From Bdellovibrionota bacterium FG-2 (GTDB lineage: Bacteria > Bdellovibrionota > UBA1018), in the NCBI GenBank assembly GCA_051382305.1, contig JBBCAV010000245.1, forward strand, positions 1 through 19,313: 19,313 nucleotides of DNA, in the 5' to 3' direction. Each line of letters begins with the position of its first letter. The first letter of the stretch is position 1. A program made the position numbers and the translations under genes. The notes beneath the pieces are model-generated. The model was given only the letters and a program-made list of their open reading frames with translations, was not told where the DNA came from and did not search any database. This document shows positions 8,181 through 17,237 of this stretch, piece by piece.

Positions 8181-9452
8181 CTATCGAATCCATCCCACCA
8201 ATCGGGCAAAATACCCGGCGCTCAGGGGCCATGGCCAATGCAAGAAGACTTGATGATCTAGCTGTAAACAAAAGAAGAGTACTGCGATAGACCCGGCGAT
8301 GCGATCCGCTTTTTTGGGAGAAGAGCCAGACGCGGCGAGGATAGGCAAGATAAAGAGGCCATGCCATGGCCTTCGGTCGGGAGTCTGAATCAGCATAAAG
8401 AGTTGCCAAAGGCAGAGTGAGGCAGGAAGCCAGAGTCGCCTGGCGCCCAAGAAAAGCAAAACCACGCCTAGGCAGACAACTAGGCTATACCAGGCTTCGC
8501 TCGAGCGTGCGGCATTGACGAAGGTATAGTGAAGTGGGTTTGTGATGGCATAGGTTTGGATATCGGGAAGGGCCAAACTTAGCGAGTAGGCTGAGGCGCC
8601 TAGGAGGAAGCACGAAAAGAGAAGGGGAGTGAGTCTCCGAAGAGCGAGCAATGTGTTTAGGCGCGGCTTGGCGGCTTGTTGGAATGTTACCCATAACCCC
8701 GCTCCAAGGAGAGGGAGCATCCAAAGGGCGCGATAATGAAGAAAAACAGCGATGGAATACGATACCACCGAGAGAATCCCCTTTTTTTGCCGCAAGAAAT
8801 AGACCGACAAAAAAAGAAACAAAATAGAAGCAGGGTCATAAATCCCATAGATGGACCAAAAACAAAGTTCTATGAATACCAAGGGCAAAAGTACCAACCA
8901 TGCCAAGGCCTTCCAGTCGGAGGTTTTTGATTCGGCATGATCAGCTTCCGGCGTGAAGAGTAGGCAAAAGAGAAAAATCGCTGCTGCGCAATGAGCGGCA
9001 AAGAGGTGCTTGAACAGGGTAAATTTCTTGATCAAAGAAAAGGGCGCGAGAAAAACCGAGTGCAGTAAAGCCTCAGGCGCCGAATACAAAAACGCACCCG
9101 GTGGATAGTTCTGAACTCGGGTCTGCCAATTCACTAAGAATCTCGGGATTTTCATGTGCCCGGGGACCGCGCACGAAAGATCGGGCCTTACAAATTCGCG
9201 AGCATAGCGATTTTGGGCGCTCAAATCAGATGGAGCACAAAACTGGCTAGAGGGGAGGCGATAGACATCGAAGCCATTAAAGTAGAACAGAATTGCGCTT
9301 CCCCAATGGGAAATGTGATCTGTATTTTCAAGTCTGTAAGATCCTGTTCCATTATCGAAGACCTTTGTGGCAATGTTTGTGAAGAATAGGATTGATAGAC
9401 CAAAAACCGCGATAAGAATCCAGGGGCGCCGCATGAGAAATAGATTTCCCAT
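8181..9452 (-). CDS. Polytopic membrane protein, probable GT-C fold glycosyltransferase (GT87/PMT-like)
   Basis: About 10-11 hydrophobic segments. Acidic residues in the first external loop (ENTDH), a YPPG motif, and GIYD followed by a TM helix, as recalled for GT87-like enzymes. Confidence 0.6.
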   Translation of the reverse strand: MGNLFLMRRPWILIAVFGLSILFFTNIATKVFDNGTGSYRLENTDHISHWGSAILFYFNGFDVYRLPSSQFCAPSDLSAQNRYAREFVRPDLSCAVPGHMKIPRFLVNWQTRVQNYPPGAFLYSAPEALLHSVFLAPFSLIKKFTLFKHLFAAHCAAAIFLFCLLFTPEADHAESKTSDWKALAWLVLLPLVFIELCFWSIYGIYDPASILFLFLSVYFLRQKKGILSVVSYSIAVFLHYRALWMLPLLGAGLWVTFQQAAKPRLNTLLALRRLTPLLFSCFLLGASAYSLSLALPDIQTYAITNPLHYTFVNAARSSEAWYSLVVCLGVVLLFLGARRLWLPASLCLWQLFMLIQTPDRRPWHGLFILPILAASGSSPKKADRIAGSIAVLFFCLQLDHQVFLHWPWPLSAGYFARLVGWIR

Positions 9453-9504
9453 GAGATCAATACTTCTTCCAGCTAAATCCGTCTTTGTTGTGGTTTCTTA
9501 GAAT

Positions 9505-12500
9505 TTACTCTGGACTATAGGCTTCTGTGGGGACTGAGAATTTTGAGCTCCCCCTGAGGATTTGCGAGATCCGTAGCTCGTCTAGGTCGCCATCTAAATT
9601 TTCGCCGGAAGAAGATGCGCCGATTCGAAGCGGCGCCGTGGATTTGAACAGAGCCGCGGATCCTGCAGTCCCAATGGTCGCAGATCCTTTGGCGAGGCCA
9701 TCATAATAGAATTTCACTGTTCCTTGATTCCAGGTCACGGCCACATGGTGGAACTTCGTGATGTCAACGGTGATTGCCGAAGAGTTTTTCCAGGTGATTG
9801 TACTTCCGTTGAGACTGGCCCCAAAGGACAAGTAATAGCTCGTGCTGATTTTTTTGAGTTTAAAGACCCACCCCATTTGTGGGGAGGTATCACTTTTGCT
9901 GACAAGCGTGTAGGCCGTTGTGGTTGTGGGCAATGAACCGAGCCGCACGAAAGCCTCTGCGGTAAGTGTCTTTGTGGAAAGTTGTAGCGCGGCCGTGTCT
10001 GGGGCCTGCATGGATTGCGAGGCTGCTGCGGTGAATCTGCGCGAATTTCCGAACTTGGCAGCCGATCCAGCGGTCGTACCGTTGTCGGTAAGGGTGTTGT
10101 GAAGGGCTCCTGTGAAAGCGCTGCTGTCGAGTGTGGGACCCGGGTTACTGTCGAAGTGGTATAGGGCTAAAGTATTGTAGGCTTCTTGGTTCCATGTGTG
10201 ACTTTTGGTGGGTCCTTGGTTCCCAAGGAGATCAGCGGAGAATGCCTCAAACGTATGGGTTCCATTGGGCATAGTTGAGAAACTCGTGGGTGATAGGCAG
10301 TTAGAATAGGCGGCTCCGTCAATACGGCATTGAAAAATTGTATTCGTCTTGCTTGTCGAAAAACTAAAACTTGCGGAAGTCGCGAGGTTTTGTCCGGGCG
10401 GTGTTGAAGTGATGGTGGTCACGGGCAAGACCGTATCGCGAGTCCACTGAACGGAGATGAGTCCGGAGTTAATTCCGCTGGGGCTTGTTTGCCTAATTGC
10501 GAAGGTATACACGCCGTCGAGGGTCTTGCTTACGACAAACCCGTAGCTTTGCTGATTACAAAGCTGTGTTTGAGTTAAATCTCCGGACACTGTGACCGTA
10601 TGACCGTCATTGCACCCACCCGCCAGCGGTAAGGTTGAGGTATTCGTCGTGATGGGATTTTGAGCGAGCGAAGTGAGGGTGGGGGTTGAGGGCATAGTGG
10701 AGGTTCTGATCCAGGAGATAGGCGCAGCAGGAGATGGGTTTCCAGCGAGGCTGATCTGCGAGATGCTGAAATTGTAGGTTCCATCGACGCTTTTTGAAAC
10801 TTCAAAGGAGTAGGATTGTGAAACACAAAGTGTGCTGGCCGTCGCATCTCCTGTGAGATAGACGGTAGCGTTGCTTAGACATTTTCCCGAGAGCGTAACG
10901 GTTGAGTTCGAATAGACAGGGCTTGAGGCAGGGTTGGTTATCGTCGGAGGCGTCGGCGTTTGGGTGTCCCGGATCCACGTCAGATTTGCCGCGGCGGAGG
11001 TTGTGCCTGCAGGATTGGTTTGGGAGACTGCGAACCAATAAGTGCCATCTTGGTCTTTCGAGGAGTTGAAGCTGTAAGTGGAGTTGGCGCACGTTGTGGT
11101 TTGATCGCTCGCGCCAGACAGAGTGACGCTGTTACCGCTTTGACAAATTCCTGCAATTGAAACTTGCGAGGTGTTAGAGGTGGTCGCAGCATTTGAGGGT
11201 TGGGTGATCGTCGGTGTTGCTGGCACTGAGGTGTCTCGAATCCAGGTAAAATGCGTGGCGCTCGAAGCGTTTCCAGCGAGATCGACCTGGGTGATGGTGA
11301 GGGGGTAAACTCCGTCGATCGTTTTTATAAAATCCAAGCTATACCAAGATCCGATGCACATGTCTTCGCTCGATGGCGTGCTGGGTGCGTCGTCCTCAGC
11401 GATTGAGACTTTTGCAAAGGGTTCGCAGGCTCCACTGAGTGACAGTGTTGAATCAGAAGAAGTGAGGGGGTTACTCATTGGGAACGCGAGTACGGGTGCA
11501 GCGGGAGAGACCGAGTCTTTGATCCAACGCAAAGAAGAGGCGGCTGATTGCGTGCCGGAAAGATTGGTTTGGGTGACGTTAAAATCGTAACTCCCGTCGT
11601 TTGACTTACTGATTGCGAAATTAAAGGTTCCATTGTCGCCACAAAGGACATCGGCAATTTCGGAGCCCTTGAGGTTCACTTTGGCGCCCATGATGCAGCT
11701 CCCGGTTATGTTTAGGGTGGAATTTGACGAGTAAAATGGATTGGCAGCGGGACTTTGAATTTGTGGCGCCGAAGGAAGTGAGGTGTCTCGCGTCCAGGTG
11801 AATGTGATGCTCGGAGAGATGTTTCCAGCTTTGTCTTTTTGTAAAAGTGAAAAAAGATAAGTGCCATCTTCTTTGATGAGGTCGATCGTAAAGGAGTAGC
11901 TTCCGTCGGACTTGCAAGTTTGGTTAGCAGTAAGGGCACCTGCAAGCGCGACTTCGGCACCCGCTTCGCACAGCCCTGCGAGATTGAAGGATGAGTCCCC
12001 TGAGACGTAGGGATTGACGGCGGGAGTGAGAATTGAAACTTTCGAAGGTGCAGCTGTGTCTCTTGTCCAGGTGAAGCTCACCGCCGCGGAATGCGTTTGC
12101 GCTGGGTCGACTTGGATGAGGTTAAAGACGAATGTTTCGTCAGTCGTTTTCTTGACTTCAAAGGTGAATGCTCCTGCTTCACAGGGTTTTGATTGAAAGT
12201 CTCCTCCGCTAAGAATGACTGTGTTTCCGGCGGTACAGGCGCCGTTGCAGGCGAGAATCGAGCTGTTGTTTGTGATTTGGGCCCCGGTGGGGCTGGTGAG
12301 TTTCGGCGCGTCAGGCGCGGGTAAAGGGGGTGTGGAGGCTTCGACGCTCGCGTTTTGTTCTACCGATGGCGAAGGCGGTGTCCCGTTGGGTTGTTGCGGG
12401 GATGTTGGCGTTCCTCCGATTGAAACAAGGGGTTTTCCCGATGTGCTTTTTGAGCGCGTGCATCCATTGAGCACAAGGCAGAGCATAAAGCTCACGGACG

Positions 12501-12540
12501 CGATGGCGCAAAATAGCGTAACTTTCCCCCTAGTGATCAC
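9505..12540 (-). CDS. Large surface lipoprotein with seven tandem Cys-containing Ig-like repeats, an eighth Ig-like domain and a C-terminal LamG/ConA-like lectin domain
   Basis: GTG at 12540 with AAGGGGG RBS gives MITRGK + hydrophobic stretch + LNG-C lipobox (track start 12582). About 90-aa repeats end W(T/I)(R/K)D. FQCRIDG...CLSP Ig domain. LamG motifs LALYHFD, LTAEAFV, FHHVAVTW, FYYDG, LRIG and GDLDELRIS. Confidence 0.88.
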   Translation of the reverse strand: MITRGKVTLFCAIASVSFMLCLVLNGCTRSKSTSGKPLVSIGGTPTSPQQPNGTPPSPSVEQNASVEASTPPLPAPDAPKLTSPTGAQITNNSSILACNGACTAGNTVILSGGDFQSKPCEAGAFTFEVKKTTDETFVFNLIQVDPAQTHSAAVSFTWTRDTAAPSKVSILTPAVNPYVSGDSSFNLAGLCEAGAEVALAGALTANQTCKSDGSYSFTIDLIKEDGTYLFSLLQKDKAGNISPSITFTWTRDTSLPSAPQIQSPAANPFYSSNSTLNITGSCIMGAKVNLKGSEIADVLCGDNGTFNFAISKSNDGSYDFNVTQTNLSGTQSAASSLRWIKDSVSPAAPVLAFPMSNPLTSSDSTLSLSGACEPFAKVSIAEDDAPSTPSSEDMCIGSWYSLDFIKTIDGVYPLTITQVDLAGNASSATHFTWIRDTSVPATPTITQPSNAATTSNTSQVSIAGICQSGNSVTLSGASDQTTTCANSTYSFNSSKDQDGTYWFAVSQTNPAGTTSAAANLTWIRDTQTPTPPTITNPASSPVYSNSTVTLSGKCLSNATVYLTGDATASTLCVSQSYSFEVSKSVDGTYNFSISQISLAGNPSPAAPISWIRTSTMPSTPTLTSLAQNPITTNTSTLPLAGGCNDGHTVTVSGDLTQTQLCNQQSYGFVVSKTLDGVYTFAIRQTSPSGINSGLISVQWTRDTVLPVTTITSTPPGQNLATSASFSFSTSKTNTIFQCRIDGAAYSNCLSPTSFSTMPNGTHTFEAFSADLLGNQGPTKSHTWNQEAYNTLALYHFDSNPGPTLDSSAFTGALHNTLTDNGTTAGSAAKFGNSRRFTAAASQSMQAPDTAALQLSTKTLTAEAFVRLGSLPTTTTAYTLVSKSDTSPQMGWVFKLKKISTSYYLSFGASLNGSTITWKNSSAITVDITKFHHVAVTWNQGTVKFYYDGLAKGSATIGTAGSAALFKSTAPLRIGASSSGENLDGDLDELRISQILRGSSKFSVPTEAYSPE

Positions 12541-12595
12541 GTTCAAATTCCCCCTTAAGCTACACCCTCTATAGTCTCGCAAAAGGTGGGATTAG

Positions 12596-12607
12596 TAAAG
12601 TACTTTA
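12596..12607. promoter_or_regulatory. Perfect 12-bp palindrome in the divergent promoter region
   Basis: TAAAGTACTTTA lies between the divergent lipoprotein and Cache/MCP genes. Confidence 0.35.
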
Positions 12608-12780
12608 GTCAGGTATTGTTTTCTAAAAAGATTCAATGATTTCAAAGTGTTAAAGCTGATGGTTGTGTAGTGGTTCGGTTTTCTTGATTACGCTGGTCGT
12701 CTCTGTAATACTTGGAGGATCTAAACCAAAGTATTTTTAACGCCCTCTTCTTAGGAGAAGAAATATAAGCCTTTTCACTC

Positions 12781-13254
12781 TTGTCGCTTGCGGCCTTGTT
12801 TTTGTGTTTTTCCAACGGCGCTTTTTCCGCAGATACGAAAAAATCTCTGGAATCTCTGGAAGCCAAATTGACGAAGATTGGGGCTCCTCGGGTTGAAGGG
12901 ACTGATACCGTTGCAGGTAAAGAAGTGCCCGCGGTCTATTTTGGAAAAGTGAAGATCAATAATAATTATGACGTCGTGGATGATGTAAAAAAATTGCATG
13001 GCGGAACCGCCACGGTTTTCGTCAAAGCGGGTGAGGAATTTATTCGAGTCAGCACCAATGTTCTCAAGGACGATAGCACGCGCGCGGTGGGGACCCCTTT
13101 AGCGAGAAACAAGGCTTATGAGTCTGTGATGAAGGGTGAAACCTTTTGCGGTGAAGTGGAGATTCTCGGGGCGCCTTATGACACTTGTTATAAGCCCATT
13201 AAGGATGGGGCAAACATCTTAGGAATTTATTACGTTGGTTTCAAGAAAAGATAG
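12781..13254 (+). CDS. Stand-alone secreted Cache 3/Cache 2 fusion-type sensor domain protein; native start codon (about 12765) appears damaged
   Basis: GGTATVFVK...FIRVSTNV...RAVGTPL...[19 protein letters not shown]...GIYYVG; signal-peptide h/c-region ending AFS-AD. AGGAG at 12753-12757 is followed by ATAA instead of ATGAAA. Confidence 0.82.
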   Translation: MSLAALFLCFSNGAFSADTKKSLESLEAKLTKIGAPRVEGTDTVAGKEVPAVYFGKVKINNNYDVVDDVKKLHGGTATVFVKAGEEFIRVSTNVLKDDSTRAVGTPLARNKAYESVMKGETFCGEVEILGAPYDTCYKPIKDGANILGIYYVGFKKR

Positions 13255-13259
13255 CCGCA

Positions 13260-14867
13260 ATGAATGAGCGGATTCACCGATTCATTGGTGTATTTAGAAG
13301 TCTAAGTTTTCGCGGAATACGGGGGAGGATGATCGCGATGTCCGCAACGCCGGTCATCCTCATGGTTCTCGTCGTATCTTATGTTTTCTTTCAGGTGGGC
13401 GTGCTTTCCAAGGATCTCAATAATGTCATAGATAACATGGTTCCCGCAGTGACCACGAGCAAGGAACTCAGCTCAGAAATAAATACCGCGTCGAGGTATT
13501 TGTGGAGCGCCTATCTTTTTAGAAAAGAGCCGGCGCCGTTTTCGGCAAACGTTACGCTTTTTGAGAGAGCGGTTGAGCGAATGAAGAGCGCGCGGGAGCG
13601 CTACTTGCAAATTCCAATGAATGCTCGCGCGGAAACCCTCAGGAAAGAGGCGGAAACGCTTCTCAAAGAACTCGATCCGGTTTCGGAGTTGATTCTAAAA
13701 ATGTTCAATGAAAAGCGGGCGGATGATGTTCCGACTTTGGCGAATGAAAAGTTGATGCCCGGGTTCAAGAAACTCGAAGACATTTTCTCCAATATCGAGA
13801 TGAATAACGCGGATACGATCGAGGCCGAAAAGGAATATGCCACGAGAATCACAAAGAAGGCCTGGACATCAATCGTGTTTGGTTCCCTTTTTGCGGTCTT
13901 GGCCTCCATTTTGTTTTCCGTATTGTATTCAGAAAAAATTGCTTCGGCGCTCGGGGAGATCTGTAAAAACTTGTCACGAGAGTCGAATTCGACGAAGAGT
14001 CAGTCCGCCAGTATTGCGGCCTCTTCTAAGGAGCTTGCAGAATCATCGACCCGGGCTGCCTCTGCTCTTCAAGAGACGGCCGCCGCGATCGAGGAAACGA
14101 GCGCGATGATTCAAAAGAATGCCAATAATGCGAATCAGTCCTCCGCAGTTTCGCGGGAGAGTGTTGAGCAGGTCGATGCCGGGAAGAATTCGATGAACGA
14201 CATCAAGGCGGCAGTTAATGGAATTAAGGCTGCCAGTGCGGATATGCAAAGTGTCGTAGGCGAGAGCAATAATCAGTTTTCGGATATTTTGAAAATTATT
14301 AACGAGATCGGCCAAAAAACCCAACTCATTAACGATATTGTTTTCCAGACGAAACTCCTTTCTTTTAATGCGTCAGTTGAAGCGGCTAGAGCGGGCGAGC
14401 AAGGCAAGGGCTTTGCGGTCGTGGCGGAGGAGGTGGGGAAGTTAGCAAGGAGCAGTGGAAGTGCATCTGACGAGATTTCTACACTGTTGGATGCGAGCAA
14501 ATCCCGTGTTCAAGGGATCGTGGAGCAAACGAAGCAGAGTATGGGTGGGGTCACCGAAACGATTCAGTTGAAGGTGAATGCAAGTGAGGCAGTTGTGGGT
14601 GCGAGTGTTGAACTCTTGGAGAAGATTGCTGAGAAGTCCAAAGAGGTAAATCGGCTGGTTGATGAAATTGCCAGTGCGTCAGTGGAACAGTCCAATGGCG
14701 TTGCCGAGATTGGAAAATCGATGCATGAGCTCGATCAGGTCTCCAATCAGAATATGAGCGCAGGGCAACAGATCGCGAATTCTTCTCAGCAGTTGCTTAA
14801 GCAATCTGAAAGTTTGGATCAAATCGTAGGCGAACTCGCCGCTATTATTGAAGGCAAGGCGGTTTGA
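13260..14867 (+). CDS. Methyl-accepting chemotaxis protein with periplasmic four-helix-bundle sensor and no evident HAMP domain
   Basis: Two TM helices flank a helical periplasmic domain of about 155 aa. Signalling hairpin [36 protein letters not shown]; methylation helices [11 protein letters not shown] and [12 protein letters not shown]. Confidence 0.95.
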   Translation: MNERIHRFIGVFRSLSFRGIRGRMIAMSATPVILMVLVVSYVFFQVGVLSKDLNNVIDNMVPAVTTSKELSSEINTASRYLWSAYLFRKEPAPFSANVTLFERAVERMKSARERYLQIPMNARAETLRKEAETLLKELDPVSELILKMFNEKRADDVPTLANEKLMPGFKKLEDIFSNIEMNNADTIEAEKEYATRITKKAWTSIVFGSLFAVLASILFSVLYSEKIASALGEICKNLSRESNSTKSQSASIAASSKELAESSTRAASALQETAAAIEETSAMIQKNANNANQSSAVSRESVEQVDAGKNSMNDIKAAVNGIKAASADMQSVVGESNNQFSDILKIINEIGQKTQLINDIVFQTKLLSFNASVEAARAGEQGKGFAVVAEEVGKLARSSGSASDEISTLLDASKSRVQGIVEQTKQSMGGVTETIQLKVNASEAVVGASVELLEKIAEKSKEVNRLVDEIASASVEQSNGVAEIGKSMHELDQVSNQNMSAGQQIANSSQQLLKQSESLDQIVGELAAIIEGKAV

Positions 14868-14885
14868 GACAGTCGGCAGCGAAAT

Positions 14886-15344
14886 TTACTTTGCTTCGGG
14901 CACGCCACCATGAATTAGGATCTTCATGTCGTTACGGAAGATCACTTCAATCTTGTTGGGATAGATCAAGCGGCCGACGATGCCTTCGCCAAAGTTCGTG
15001 TGCTTCAATTTGTCGCCCAAGGTGAACTGGCCCTTCATGGTATAGGACTTCATCGGTGCATCTTTATGGGTGTTCATGAGCTTCTCCCATTCGGCTTCGA
15101 TGGAGCTCTCAGGGGTAGTGCCGTCTGCTGCTTTCTTTTTGCGAGGCGCGCGGGTTGGCTTGGCTTTGGGTTCGGTGACGCCTTTAGGGGCACGATAAAC
15201 GTGCTCTTTTTTGCAAGTGAAGCATTGTACTTTAGCAATCCGATCGCCTTTCATAGCAACAATTATGGAGTTCAAATCCATCTTGCAGCTCATGCAGTAG
15301 GCTAATGTTTCTTTTGCAACTTCGTTTGTGGGGGTCCCGGCCAT
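14886..15344 (-). CDS. Conserved hypothetical protein: N-terminal zinc ribbon, basic linker, C-terminal PcrA/UvrD-CTD-like Tudor domain
   Basis: AAGGAG RBS; CMSC...CFTC...H; KAKPTRAPRKKK; FTLGDKLKHTNFGEGIV...IEVIF...KIL. Confidence 0.82.
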   Translation of the reverse strand: MAGTPTNEVAKETLAYCMSCKMDLNSIIVAMKGDRIAKVQCFTCKKEHVYRAPKGVTEPKAKPTRAPRKKKAADGTTPESSIEAEWEKLMNTHKDAPMKSYTMKGQFTLGDKLKHTNFGEGIVGRLIYPNKIEVIFRNDMKILIHGGVPEAK

Positions 15345-15384
15345 TTTTATCTCCTTAATTTTTGCGTCACTTTGGTTATAGTGG

Positions 15385-17193
15385 ATGTGGATGGAAAATC
15401 AAGTGTCCAAACGAGCACTTCTCCTAGATTTAGCAAAATCTGCTCCAAATTCGCCTGGGGTGTATCTAATGAGGGAGCCTGAAGGCGGAATTCTCTACGT
15501 CGGCAAGGCCAAAAACCTCAAAAACAGGCTTACGACCTACTTTCAGCCAGCCCCACATGAAATGGGCCGGACCGAGATGCTGGTGGGCCGCATCGATCGG
15601 TTTGATGTGATTCTCACGGAAACCGAAGTCGAAGCGCTAATTCTGGAATGTACGCTGATCAAGAAGCATCGCCCGCGCTTCAATGTTCGACTCAAAGATG
15701 ACAAGGCGTACCCCTATCTCAAAATCCAGCTCAGTAGGCCTGAAGAGGCGTTTCCACGGCTCGAATGGACGAGGCGGGTTCAAAAAGACGGAGCGCGGTA
15801 TTTCGGCCCTTTTCCTTCGGCGTGGTTTGCCAGGCAGGCAATGGAACTCTTGACCCGTAGTTTTCGCCTGCGCGCGTGTTCGGACAATACCTTTCGCCAT
15901 CGCTCCCGACCCTGTATTTTGTTTCAAATGGGACAGTGCTCGGGATCGTGCGTGGGTGAGGTGTCTCAAGAGGACTACCGCCGGGTGATTGAGCGAGTCG
16001 TCGCAATTCTCGAGGGACGTGAGACTGCTTGGCTGGATGGGCTTCGGGCCCAAATGGAGCAAGCATCCCAAATAGAAGATTACGAACAAGCCGCAGAAAT
16101 CCGTGACCAGCTCCGCTGCCTTGAAGCGGTGACCCAGACCCAAGGCGTTCTAGAGGCAGGTTCAGAGCGCGATCGGGATGTTCTGGGGCTTGCGCGCGCG
16201 GAGGGGGCGGAGGGAGGAGGAGAGCAGGCGCATGCAACGGTCCTTCGTATTCGGGGTGGCAAATTGATTTCGGCTGAACACTTTCATCTGCAAAACACAG
16301 ATCCGGGGCTTACGGAGAGTGAAATCAGTTACGAGTTTTTGGCGCAATATTATGTGGATCAAGCGCAGCCTGGAAAGAAGGGCGTTGCCTTGGTGCCGCC
16401 CAAGGAGATTTTGGTTTCGGTGATGCCTGAGGCTGAGACGGAAGGTAAGACGGATATTTCAGTTCTCGAGGATGCCACCGGCGTTCCCGTACATCTACCT
16501 GATCCCGAAGATCGTACGGCAATGCAACTGTTGAATGTCGCACAAATCAATGCGCGCCATGCACTCGATCATTTGCTTGCCAAGGGCAAGGCTCTTGGAG
16601 GGCATGGTTTTGCGGCGCTTGAAGAAGTGCAGGAGAAGCTTCATTTGCAGAAGTTTCCACGACGGATGGAGTGTTACGATATTTCGAATATTCAAGGGCA
16701 AGACGCGGTGGCCTCGCGTGTGGTGTTCATAGATGGAGCTCCGGATAAGAATCTCTATCGTCGTTACAAGATACGAACGGTAGAGGGCGCTAATGATTTT
16801 GCGATGATGAAAGAAGTGCTTTCGCGGCGGTTTTTGGCAGCGCTAAAGGAAAGCGAAGGCGCGGCCGGTGCAGGGGGAGATGCGCTCCCCGATCTCATTG
16901 TGGTCGACGGAGGCAAAGGGCAGCTCGCGCAAGCATTAGCGGTTTTAGAGGAGTTGGGCGTGCAGGGGGTGCCGGCGGTGGGACTTGCGAAGGCGAGGAC
17001 GGAAGGGGATTTCACTGCCAAAGAGGTTAAGGTATCTGCGGAACGAATCTTTTTACCCAACCGCAAAAACCCTGTGATTTTGTTGCCTCATACTGCTTCG
17101 TATCGCGTACTCACGCACTTGCGGGATGAAGCGCATCGGTTTGCAGTCAGTTATCATCGCGTGGTGCGGTCGAAGAGGATATTGGGGCAGTGA
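15385..17193 (+). CDS. uvrC: Excinuclease ABC subunit C, lacking the C-terminal HhH domain
   Basis: GIY-YIG (PGVYLM...LYVGKAKNLKNRL...EALILE...FNVRLKDDKAYPY), four-Cys region, UVR domain (DYEQAAEIRDQL), and RNase H-like domain (ECYDISN, VDGGKGQ, RDEAHRFA). Stop follows about 14 aa later. The start could be 15385, 15391 or 15403. Confidence 0.96.
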   Translation: MWMENQVSKRALLLDLAKSAPNSPGVYLMREPEGGILYVGKAKNLKNRLTTYFQPAPHEMGRTEMLVGRIDRFDVILTETEVEALILECTLIKKHRPRFNVRLKDDKAYPYLKIQLSRPEEAFPRLEWTRRVQKDGARYFGPFPSAWFARQAMELLTRSFRLRACSDNTFRHRSRPCILFQMGQCSGSCVGEVSQEDYRRVIERVVAILEGRETAWLDGLRAQMEQASQIEDYEQAAEIRDQLRCLEAVTQTQGVLEAGSERDRDVLGLARAEGAEGGGEQAHATVLRIRGGKLISAEHFHLQNTDPGLTESEISYEFLAQYYVDQAQPGKKGVALVPPKEILVSVMPEAETEGKTDISVLEDATGVPVHLPDPEDRTAMQLLNVAQINARHALDHLLAKGKALGGHGFAALEEVQEKLHLQKFPRRMECYDISNIQGQDAVASRVVFIDGAPDKNLYRRYKIRTVEGANDFAMMKEVLSRRFLAALKESEGAAGAGGDALPDLIVVDGGKGQLAQALAVLEELGVQGVPAVGLAKARTEGDFTAKEVKVSAERIFLPNRKNPVILLPHTASYRVLTHLRDEAHRFAVSYHRVVRSKRILGQ

Positions 17194-17203
17194 GTTTAGG
17201 GGG

Positions 17204-17236
17204 TTGCACAGTCCATTTTAGATGCTAAAATGGACT
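17204..17236 (+). promoter_or_regulatory. Sigma70 promoter overlapped by a perfect 12-bp inverted repeat (candidate operator); predicts a leaderless mRNA
   Basis: TTGCAC (17204-17209) - 16 bp - TAAAAT (17226-17231) with extended TG. AGTCCATTTTAG-ATG-CTAAAATGGACT spans 17210-17236. ATG at 17238 has no SD. Confidence 0.65.
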
Positions 17237-17237
17237 T

